Assembly: GCA_965285935.1 (NCBI GenBank)
Contig: OZ260665.1
Span: forward strand, 34,844,001 to 34,908,000
Length of the DNA: 64,000 nucleotides
Origin: Ophelia neglecta
Taxonomy: Eukaryota
Reading direction: 5' to 3'
Shown here: positions 10,254 through 22,200 of the stretch, in pieces
How positions within the stretch are numbered: the first letter of the stretch is position 1
Layout: every line of letters starts with the position of its first letter
Notes under the pieces: generated by a model
What the model was told of the DNA's origin: nothing
Seen by the model: only the letters and a program-made list of their open reading frames with translations
Database searches by the model: none
Position numbers and translations under genes: made by a program

Positions 10254-13200
10254 CTGAAAATCAAGTCAATAGGTAAAGAAGCTATGATTAATGCCAAAAC
10301 GGCTAATTATTATAAGAGATCCATTTAATATAGTATGTCTCTAAACGCACATTATCAAATGTAGGTTAACAAACTAGAAGAATATATATGTTAACATGTG
10401 TGTTTGAATGGACTACACAGAAATGAGAAGATGAATGAGTCGATCCCTACCAGCAAAGGTTGGCTCTCTGCTGGCACTACTGTAAGCCTCTGTAGTGGCA
10501 CCTGCAATCATGCTGTCAGCTCCGGTATTGGTCTGGCCGCCTGAATATAAATGTCAAAAATTTAGGATTAATTCGAATTTTTATTCCTCTTTTTTATGAG
10601 TCATGATTTTCTTATTTGTAGTTTGTTGGTTGTATATGCTTCAGAACGTATGCTTTATTTGTGTGATCAGTGCTTGCCACAAGGATGAATTCTCGGGAGT
10701 CAAACTACTAATAAAGAGATTATTATTGTCATCAGTTGTTCAGTATACCATGCAAGCAGTCTCATATGGCTCTACGTTAACTATTGCAACAGTGCTTTGT
10801 GAATGACCTAGTTTACGATCAGCGACTCAGGCTTGTCCTTTGGGTGCCTATTAATGACCTAGTTTACGATCAGTGACTCAGTCTTGTCCCTTGGGTGCCG
10901 AATAATGACCTAGTTTACGAGCAGTGACTCAGTCTTGTCCCTTGGGTGCCGGAAAATGACCTAGTTAACGAGCAGTGCCTCAGTTTTGTCCCTTGGGTAC
11001 CGGTTAATGACCTAGTTTACGATCAGTGCCACAGTTTTGTCCCTTGGGTACCGGTTAATGACCTTGTTTACGATCAGTGCGTCAGATTTGTCCCTTGGGC
11101 ACCGGTTAATGACCTAGTTTACGATCAGTGCCTCAGATTTGTCCCTTGGGTACCGGTTAATGACCTAGTTTACGATCAGTGCCTCAGATTTGTCCCATGG
11201 GTACCGGTTAATGACCTAGTTTACGATCAGTGCCTCAGTTTTGTCCCTTGGGTACCGGTTAATGACCTAGTTTACGATCAGTGCCTCAGATTTGTCCCTT
11301 GGGTACCGGTTAATGACCTAGTTTACGATCAGTGCCTCAGATTTGTCCTTTGGGTACCGGTTAATGACCTAGTTTACGATCAGTGCCTCACTCTTTCCCG
11401 TTGGGTCCTGTTTCTGACCCACTTGCAATCAATGCCTCAGTATTGTCCTCTGGCAATCGGTTAGCTCAACAAAAAGGCCGAAAAAGTTGACTAATACTAA
11501 TACGTAACATACAGTTAAATTTGTTTCGGTGAAGTTAGTGATTCAGGTGAAAGCCCCAGAAATACTTTTGACTATAGGCTTGCAATTCGGCACAGTATTG
11601 CATAGCTACATTTGACTTTGAAGTCTCCGGAAGTAATTAAGGGTAGCAAATTTTAAATTGATAAAATTCTTATTGGCCAATTCATTGTCATCTATGATAT
11701 TTATTTCAAACTGATGTGGTTTATCTAAGCCTACAGAAAAACTCAATTTGATCGTGTTGTGTATAAGAATAAGCTACAATGGCGGGCGAACGAAAAGAAA
11801 CTACTGATAGAAAAGAAGCAAAACCTACAGGTTTTTTGTACTACTTAAGTGTGACTACTATTTTCGAAAGCAATAGTAAAATATTGATAAGGCTAATACA
11901 AAGGAGAAAATATTCAGGGAAGCACGATCGCGACAATAAAATAGTTATTCAATCAAATGTATATGATTATAGTGATATGTATAACGATAAAGTGTCGGTG
12001 TTGATGCTAAAATTTATTTTCAATCGGAAAGAGCGTTGGCTGTGCAGTGTAAATGGTCGAGGAACATCGTGTGAGTTGATAATTATATATGGAAAAAGGA
12101 AAAAAAACATGTACGTGTTGCAAAAGTCAAATCGAGAGCGTCCGTAAACAGCAAAGTGTAAAGCCTTTGCATGCAAGATCGAATGTGCATAACAATCATG
12201 CTGAAATCGCGCCCATGCTTAAAGCGAAGAGCCACACACTAGTACAGGAGCTTACTGGCACGAAAAAGGGAAAACCACTCAAAGGAATGGTCGGAAAGAA
12301 GTAGAGTAGACTGGAGGGCTCCTGAATCTTACCAAAGGTAGGGATCTCGGGCCGAGGACCCACATCGATGATCTGAGAAGGAGCGGCTATCACCATACTA
12401 CTTTGTTGATGATCAATTTGAATATCTGTTCAATGAAATGTTATTTAAGGGATCACTCTTTAGATTTCGACATTGCATCCTAAATGTGAGATGCCTGACC
12501 TACTGCGCAAAGATTTGAGATACATATGGATCAGTAAGCTCAAACAATCACACAATTCATATTAATTCTAATAATTTGTTTACACCGAAATAGTATACTA
12601 CACTTAACTTCACCTCAAAACTGTTAGTTATGATTTACTAGTCTTTCTAGAGACAACAGCATGCCTTAGATTCCTTACAAATTAGTTAGGTCGATTAAAT
12701 TAATATTCACTCACTTAACTACATGTACTTATTCATCAAGCAATAAAATATAAGTTTGGAGGGGAAAAAAGCTAGAGTCGAAATCAAACTAAACACAAAT
12801 AATGTTTTGGGCATTTCGATCGAGTGACAGAAGCTTAAATATGTGCGTTTTAAATAGTAAAGCATTCTTCTTGCTATTTCTTCTAACCAGAAGATGGTAT
12901 GCTAAAGACTTTAAGCAGATCACAATTCAATTGACCATTAAAACAAAATTATGTATTAATAAAGCAAAATAAACAATTTACTTCCTGATAATTTGAACCA
13001 TCACAATTAGAAAACATAGCATTTCATTGTTAGACCTATCGCGTCAAGATACAAGGATTTTACGGTAGGATGCATTATGAAGTAGTACTCAAATGCCTAA
13101 AAATGCCTGCATTCCGTCTACTAAATGCACTCTCTAAAGTGGCACGCAAAACTAATCTCTAAAAATCTACAGTAAATGCTGAAACAAGTGGGAACAAAAA

Positions 13201-16200
13201 TAGTCCTTCTTTTATATAAAACTTGTGCTTACCTTCATCTTTTTGTCGTTCTAATTTGAATAAATAACGCCGTACTAATCGCTGAAGTATGTCAGTGTAG
13301 GAAGTCTCTGGAGCTTCGATGTTAAGACTCTGGCATACATTTTCTCGGCGTTTCTGTAATGTTTTTAAACGTGTAGATAAACCTTCGCTCAAGGAGGAAA
13401 ATCTGATTGTCGATGTAGACATTTATTATACAAAACTGAATAAAATACAAAATATCATAAAGTGACCCATTACGTATAAAACTGGGATGCTGCTATGATA
13501 TCAACTCAGTTATAAATGTAATCAAGAAACAATTAACTTATAATACACTGAATTAATACTAGTAAATCAACTTTATTTAATAAAGCAACAACTACTGTAA
13601 CACTACCCTGCTAACAGTGGCCATATTGTTGTTGAAATTACATTTTTTAAATACTGAAAGGCGATATAAAGCATTTAACTCAATGCAAATACATAATATA
13701 GGCTCGACCGCCTGTGAGCAGGGTATTTCAACGCCTTTAATCTCACACGGTCATACCTTAAACAACAATCCAGGTATGAATGCTTCGCTGTCTTTCTTTT
13801 TGTCATTTTTTTTATTCTGTGAACACCAAAAGCAAAAATCGAAACATGTAACTTTACAGCTCACACATATTCGCACGTGATACTAGCTCTAAGAAAACCT
13901 CCACCAAGATATTGTAACAATAGAAGAAGTAACGTAATACTATTTATACAAAATACTACTACTGTAACAATAATAATATAGTCAAAAGGTGCTCAGTACA
14001 AATTAAAAACTACTAATAATTATAAAAGTTACTATCTGATACCGTTACAATATCCAATTTGCAAAATAGTATAATATACGTATTATGGATTTAGTAAATC
14101 TACTTTTTAATTAGCCTGTTAATTGCTATCTGTGTTTTTGAAAACGAGATATTTTGATACTAGCGACTTCTAGTAGCTACTTGCATGCTGTTATGGGTTG
14201 AAGATTTAACCGTTATTATTATTAAGGTGGTTACTCAAAGCGGCATGAAAATAACTCTTAAATTCCGTAATGATTGATACCAGCCATAATGAAAAATAAC
14301 ATGATGACTTCATTTTAGACAAGACATACGACATAATATCTTTGGGGATGATATGCGATGCTTGAAGCAGGGAGATCTATTACTGGGTTTATTTTTGCAC
14401 ACTATTTTCTCTGAAGTGAACTGGAACCTTCTAGGACTCTCTATACAGGTGGTTCATCTCACCTGTCATACACTGCGAGGTGTACACTCACTGTATATAT
14501 GTCAGGCGTTGATATGAAATCTACCCATCGGAATAATTCTCTTTTTACTGATAGGCATTTGAAGCCAGGTAGTTTATCAGACACGCCAGATTGATGTCTC
14601 GTATTTAGAGTCCCTTCAACTCGGCTGGATTTCGATATGAGGAATGCAGATAGATGTGCACTTGACTAGTTGCCTCTTAATATCATGTATCAAATTATCA
14701 TCATATCTGACTTAATGCGTTCTATAAAGCCGAATAGCTAGGTTAACTCTATGAAAAATAGCAAACAAGTTCTGGCAGGCTATGAAACACATATGAATAA
14801 TTAAAGTAAATGGAATGGCCTGTCTCAAAGCTTAACTACCACTCCTCTCGTTCCATTTATCTGTACAGAGTAATGTTGTTGTAGTACCGTCTACTGATAT
14901 ACAATTATATCTAACATGGCTGAAAATTGGGAATATGTACATTGATATTGTAACAATAATCTGCTAACAAAAACGTGACAATGTCAATTGTATGTTTTCA
15001 CGTTGGTGTGATACAACAAACGAGGGCTGGTGCATGGGTAGAGACTGTTAAATCATAGACAACAATTCACTATACGTACATCACAGTCGGACTAAGGACA
15101 TTACACATAACACTTTTGTGAGAAGTTATTGGTTTCTAACCTTGATGAAGGTTTGCCGCTTTCCCATTTCGTATTCTAGTAATCCGCCCGAATCAGACCT
15201 GATAATGGATTACCACACATGCAAGGCGTGTATTTTGGTGAGACAAGTATTATAGACAGGGTGATAGCCAAAATAATTAAGAAAAACAATTAGAACCAAA
15301 CACTTGGTCAGTTACACAAATTGTATTCTTTGTGGGGGAAGGGGGGTTCTTATAACGAAGAAATTATCTTCAAACTACTTTTCCACAAATAATTACCTAG
15401 TTCAAGTGGAAATCACATTTTATCACTGATAATACCCACACTACATGGACATTAAAGGGCAGAAAGCGGAGGCCTTTCGTGACATGGTCATTGATACAAC
15501 ATATTTCTAGAAGGGAACTTGACCTCCGATTTCTTTTACCTTCTGCGATTCTTCTTTTACCTGCACAGCCAATTTTCTGAGCCCTTGTCAGTCATGGCAT
15601 GCACGTGCTTTTCTCTTAATATTACTTTCAGAGAATGCCACCAGGCATATGATTCTCACCTAGATAAGTCTTTGATCCATCTCCATAAGTATTTGATCGA
15701 CTTGGGCGTTGGTATCATATTGAATGGAACTGGGAGGGTACTTCCTTCGTCAATATAATTCATCCACAGATTTGTTCGAGCAAATTTCCATTCTACATCA
15801 CAGTCACCCTATTCAGATGGCCACAATGAGATATCATAAATATTGTATACTTTTACAAGTGATATTTCGCTTGTGTTCATTTGAAAAACAGTTACCTCCA
15901 TGTACCAAATGTTAATCAGTTATACACACATTTTATCAAATATAATAATGTAAACTATATTGATGACAATTCGAATTAACGGGAGTTAATGTGTAGTCTT
16001 AAACTTAGGTAGACGAATTATAAGTTAAACCTAATTTATTTATGAAACATAACCCTATCCGCCTATGGTGTTAAAAGGCTGACCTGAATATCTTCAAATG
16101 AGTGGCTCATCATTGCAATCAGCATGTTGACTAGGACAATGATGATGACGACGTGATAGCAGGCGAAGAGAAACATGCCTACCCCCTCAACGACCGAGGT

Positions 16201-19200
16201 GGCATGGTTACCGCCTGGGAAACTACAGACGAACAAAATATCACTATCACTCCACCGATTATGAAGAACAAAGATGAATAACATAGAATAGTTTCTTGAG
16301 ACTCTTTAGGCACAGTGGTATATGTTGGATACAAGACGTATAGGGGTTGTATGCTCATCAGTGGGAAAGGTGTAGGTATGTATAGATAGATGAACTTCAT
16401 GATAAATTATAATTTATAAGACGAGCACCCACACGCCTTTACACGTTTGTTAAACCGAGAGACCCCACCCCCAACAAACACTCACTCGACGATTTCGGGA
16501 CGTTATTTTACAGTTTCACTCAAGGACCACTGGTAAAAAATAAAATCCCCAAATCTATTCTTCTGCCATATATCACAACCCTGCACTGCAACACTGCCAC
16601 AATGCTCACAGTCTACCAGGTCTGGGGTCGTAAACCCCACCTCCACCCATCCCTGCTGCACAACGGAGTTGTTGCTTAACACTAATTATCTATAATATAT
16701 GCTTTTTATCAATTTAATACCTCGGCTGGACCTCCCACGACCTCAAACCTCTTCTGCACCGCTTACCTAATTTATATTGTTTATTTCACGGAAAATGATT
16801 ATTAAGTGAACAAATGACATGCAAGAGATGCAAACAATCACGGAGTGCAGTAACAGTTCGTCAGGATTTCTCTCCGATTAACATAATGATAAGCATTGAC
16901 TAGCGCCATTTGATAATACCCACCTGTATTCGAATCGACTATTTTGATTCTTGCTAGGGTATTTTATTTCTACGCTGTCGACTGATACCAGCCCGAACAT
17001 GGACCATAGCAATGTGTACAAAGTCCGAGGTAAGCTGGAAAACAGTAAAATGAACAGGAAATTATTTTCTGTGTATTCAAAGTATCACCACTTGATGCGA
17101 TTATGTGGCACGAAGAAGGGATTAAATGCCATGAAATCTAGAATTTCAGGAGTTTTGTCAAATTTAACGACAGTAGGATAACTACAGAAGGAATAACGAT
17201 AAGATGACAAGCGTCAGGAAGGAAACACTAAGATAAATGACAGGAAATAGCTAAAAGTTCACGCCTACAGCTATCAGAAAAACAAGAGATAAAAGCATAG
17301 AATACATTTCTACTATGCTGGCAAAATAAAGTAATTTGGCAAAGCAAAGTACTTCTGGGTAGAATAACGTTCTGTGTTTGGATTTACTTCGTGCAATGTG
17401 TACAATGTGTAACACATTGCACGGTCTTCTGAATAAAGAAACAAACCGAAGATCCCAGAAGGGAAGGAAGTACTAAGCCTATGATAGAAAGTCAAGCCTA
17501 AACATCAACGGTTAATTTGGAGGTGAGCGAGAAACACTTACTTCACAAAACCAAACGTGTTATCTGGCGTAGCCAGGGAGTTAGCTACAGCTCTGCGAAC
17601 CCTTGATCTATGCATCGATCCCCTATGACATAACCAAAACACAGAACGTTAAATACGCACTGGCGTTTCGCTCACACTAGGCTTGCAAAATTTGAATGAC
17701 AAAATAGAACGAAAGCTTCCTCACAGCACACAGAACGCTTAACAATTACATTTTAACTGCCCTATAGGTCAATGCAATTGGTTGAGATATGCATACTGGG
17801 AAACCAGTCAAGGGAAAGATGGGTTAAATAAAAAAAATAATGCGATTACTGTAAAAATATCAGTCAATAATTTACATACAAGATCTAGAGCTTGTTGTGG
17901 GCTGATATTCATATGATGTGTAATAGAGCGGAGGGAAGGCCGGTATCTGGAGAAGGAGAGGATCAACAAAGAAGTGGACCTACCCCTGAAATGCCTCGGA
18001 TGAGTGGATGAGTTTGCCACCATTTATTTTATACGTTTGTGAACCATAGTACCAGTACAGGTTGTGTAACCCGACCATGAAGGCAAATAGCACCTGAAAA
18101 AAAGAACAGTGTTCAAGATAAAATAACATCAAAAACACGCAGGTGACATCAATATCTAAAACATTCGGATTAATTTTGCAAACACATTCATTTGTCTTTT
18201 ATCACATGTCCTTCTGTATATTAGCTTATTACTGACTGAGCAAGAAAATCATAGTGTTGGATGTAATTGGACGTTTGAAACTTCAAACGCGTAAAAAAGG
18301 GCAGTAAGGTGCCTGGCTGCAACCAGGAAGTTCCCTTCGGCGTTTTAATAACAGCTGCGATATTAAAGTTATAGTATGTTTATGCATTGACAAAGGTCGT
18401 AACGGCCGCCTATTGCAAAGTCAGGTCTTATTTTCATCTCCCCACGGAATATGTCTTTAAATAACTTTGTAGAAGATGGATAGTTAGAACAACAGTTAGT
18501 TAGCCTGCACATTTGGCAGTCACTTGAATTCTGATTGGTTCATACGTATATATTGCTAGTGGACTATAGTGGTTTCTCATAAGTTGTTTATTGTTTTACA
18601 TACAATGAAGACATCATATCTTTCATTGTAGCTTTAAATATGATACCTTAACATTATGGCATCTTCATAGTGGAGAGAACAAAACACATACGGCGACCAA
18701 AATTATACCAACCAGAATCCAAGCTAGGTATGTAGCCTAGCTCACTCGGATAACTTAATTTTTAAAAGCAGACATTAATACATAATTAACATTATTAGAA
18801 ATTCGTAATTGAGTAAAAGTATGTCAATGATAAGAGGGGTTACCAATGAGAATAGGACGAGGAAGCGGCTGATGTCGGCGATCATACGCCCGAGGGAGAT
18901 CTGAAGGGGCCCGAGTACCTCGAAGGCCGGCATGAGGTAGGTGGTCCGGGCGATACTCAATACGTTAGCCACGGCAAACAGCACGTCGGATACTATCTCT
19001 GGATCGTCCGGCTTCCAGACAAACCGAGCTGAATACAATATTAAAACACGTCACAAACAATAAGATCTCAAAATGAATCTCAGCGCGAGATCAATTCATC
19101 TCAAAATAAGGGTAACGCTTGTCGGCAAATTTCGATCAGGATTGGTGAAGTACAAATGTAGGTTATCGCAAACTCTTTTTAGTTAACAACCAGAGCAAAT

Positions 19201-22200
19201 TTCTGTGCATGTTAAACACAGCGTTGATAAGGTTTGAAAGTAAAGACGATATTCTAAGGATGATAACTGTTGAAGATAAAAATGCCATTTATTGGATGGA
19301 ATCAATGACAGTATCAACTAATATACCTGCGTATTGTGTTCTCTGGGACAATTATTGGATACAATAGTCAGTTGTTTACTAAATCATGTTTATCATATAT
19401 CCTGCGCAATTTATGTTTGATACATCATTGGTTTTTTTCTTTCTCCGAAAGTTTCTGATGAAATTGGACGATATAATGGATAGTTCTTAAAGGCTGAATT
19501 TGAAAGTGGCAGCGTAGTGATTTACGTTTTCACTTAATATGTTCGCTTATTCTTCTATTGTTCATGTTAAGCATATTGTTTTATCATGGTCCCTTCTTAT
19601 TGTGAATTCTTGATCTGATTTAATTACCCCTTGATCTGATCTCATAACCTCTTTTAATATTTCATGCTAACTTTCCATACCTTTTCATGTAATGGAATTT
19701 ACACACAATTTGCACTTTGAATGGTGGAATGCGATGTGCACGTGAAAGTTCTGCATTTTAAATCCTTATTTTATATTGATCATGTTGGATTTTCATCGGT
19801 TGGACTTTTACTGGTGAAATGTTTCGTCTCATTTTGTAAAAACTCAGTGCTTCTGTCATTGTTGTAAAGAACTCTCGTCTTATTGTGTTTACTGTCTCCC
19901 TCTTTGCATGTAAGAAAACCATCTGTTTATTCCATCATTTCCACCTCATTATTGACGCAGCTATAAGGAGCTCCAGCAAAAAAATTGTCGTCTGGTGAAT
20001 ACCCAGCAGAAAAAGCAGAATCAGTAAACAGGAAGTGTAAATTCAATCGGTCTGAAATCACTCGAAACAAAGACGATTCTAAATTAAACCGTATTTGCCA
20101 TCTATTTATTGGGTATAGATGACATGATAAATAGTATACAGCATGGTATTCTCATAACTGTTGAAGAAGTTAACTGCTGATAACTCCTTCACTCAATGCT
20201 TGTGTGATATTCTTGATAATCACTTTGGTTATTGGTGGGAGGATCAGAGTGTGCAATACACTTGTCAGTAAGACCAGTCTATTAATGAAATATATTAACT
20301 CTAGAAGGCCTATTTCCAGGACTGTTTTTAGCCAATAAATTACTTGTCAAAGTATCAAAGAATAATCCAGCTAGATGCATTGGCTTTTGAAAATACAAAA
20401 CTTTCCAAAACAGACTAATCTATTGGAAGCCAATACAGGGCCAATTGCACGGATTCTCAATAGGAATAAGCCACCTAGAAGTCCAATCACTCTCTTTTAC
20501 ACGCTCTGCTAATAAGCATTGGCATTCTTTGCTAATTACTCATATTGGTTAATTTCTGATAATAAATACCATGATGGTTCATACTGTTCACAGCCATGCG
20601 CCACTCATAGAAAAGCTACCCAGTTCTCAGGGAGCACATCGTTGTCTCTATACTGAATTTTTGTACATGGTGTATCCAAACACATGCCCTCTGAATCTGT
20701 GGTCATGTCAAGACATATCTCCGATTAGAGCGATTTTGTTTCGACGCACGTAGGCCATATATGTTGAATTATAAGTCGTTTGACGAATTCAGTACTGCTT
20801 CCATCAAACGTGTCAAATGATGGCTTGCAATACAAATCTTCTTTTTATGCAAGAATAAAAAATGCCAATGTCGGATATCAATATGTTCATTAAAAAAATG
20901 CTACTGTAATGAAGATGGATATGCATATTTAGTAACTTTTGGGCACGGATTAAAGACACGTGATTTATATGAGTTGCAGTTGTTAGAAAGTTCTTTTTAA
21001 AAGGTTTACAAACAAGAAATTAGTTTGTTTATACAATGACATGGTAGCTAAACTTCTCGATTACAAGTCAATTTTATAGAACTTGTTGAGCCCACATAAT
21101 GTTCAAACCTTGATAGGATAGAAAATCTATATATGGAAAAGAGTGCATCCAAACAGTTGGTTAAAAATGTGAATATTCATAGAAAAGCCCAAATAGGTAA
21201 TTTTCCTATAATTCAAGTTAGATCTTCCTGAGGAAACTACTGAGTTTTGACCTCATGATAAGGGCCATGTCAATTTCAATTGGACCGATGGAAATATGAC
21301 CAGTATTAACCTCAAAGAAACATGTGAAACTGTTGGATATATGAACATGTTAGTTATGAATGAAACAGGAAAGTGATAAATATCTGTACTCTAAATTAGA
21401 CACAGATGCGGATACCCGACAGATAAAAAAATCGCTCATCAAGCATATGCCATTAAATGTGTTCGACATCTTTCGGAACCAGCAGCCACAGGCCTAGATA
21501 AAAAACAATGGAGGAATGGCGATAACTATGAAGATTGGCAAAGCAGCAAAGAATATACATGTTCAACGATGAGGCATGATTTTTGAAGCATGAAAATTGC
21601 AAAATGAACCATGCAGCGCGGCCAAAATAGTATAAACAATACAAACAAACATAAAACATGTATGACAAAGAACTATAATCATAATACAATTTAAACCTAA
21701 GTTGCATTGAATAATGCAATGTCCTAAAAAAGATTAAAATTCAGTCAAATAAAACACAGGGGTTCGATATTTTAAACACGGACAAAAAACATAAGACAAG
21801 ATAATAAATAATATAACGAATGTATATAACGCATACAAATAGAATATTCAACATCAACAGAGCAAAATAATGTAAAGGCAATGATATATCCAACATGAAC
21901 AAGGTTATTAAAACTGCTGAACGGATCATTCAATATCACATTGCAAAATATGCATCATGAATAAATATATTGATACATTTCTATATTAACTTAACACATA
22001 ATATAGCTTGTTGCGCGACCTCACAGGAGATGATATTTATAATTTATATTTGTTCGACATGGTAAATTTTTCATTGTGATATAAGACCAGTCGCATTGAT
22101 TTAACGATTACATAAGTGTCAATCTCCCCATTTTGAGCGTTGCAAAAAGGAATCCCTGCTGAAAATACACAAATATTGTATTTTCAAACCTTAGATATAA

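Noticed and set aside
10946-11464. 172-aa repetitive ORF ([17 protein letters not shown])n on +
   Set aside because: By-product of a 51-bp minisatellite; no ATG start; earlier units contain in-frame TGA; antisense within an intron.
17313-17495. Acceptor-like site at about 17428 and a 60-aa ORF as another turret exon
   Set aside because: No convincing donor in the required phase 2; the region is better explained as the docking arm of the inverted repeat.
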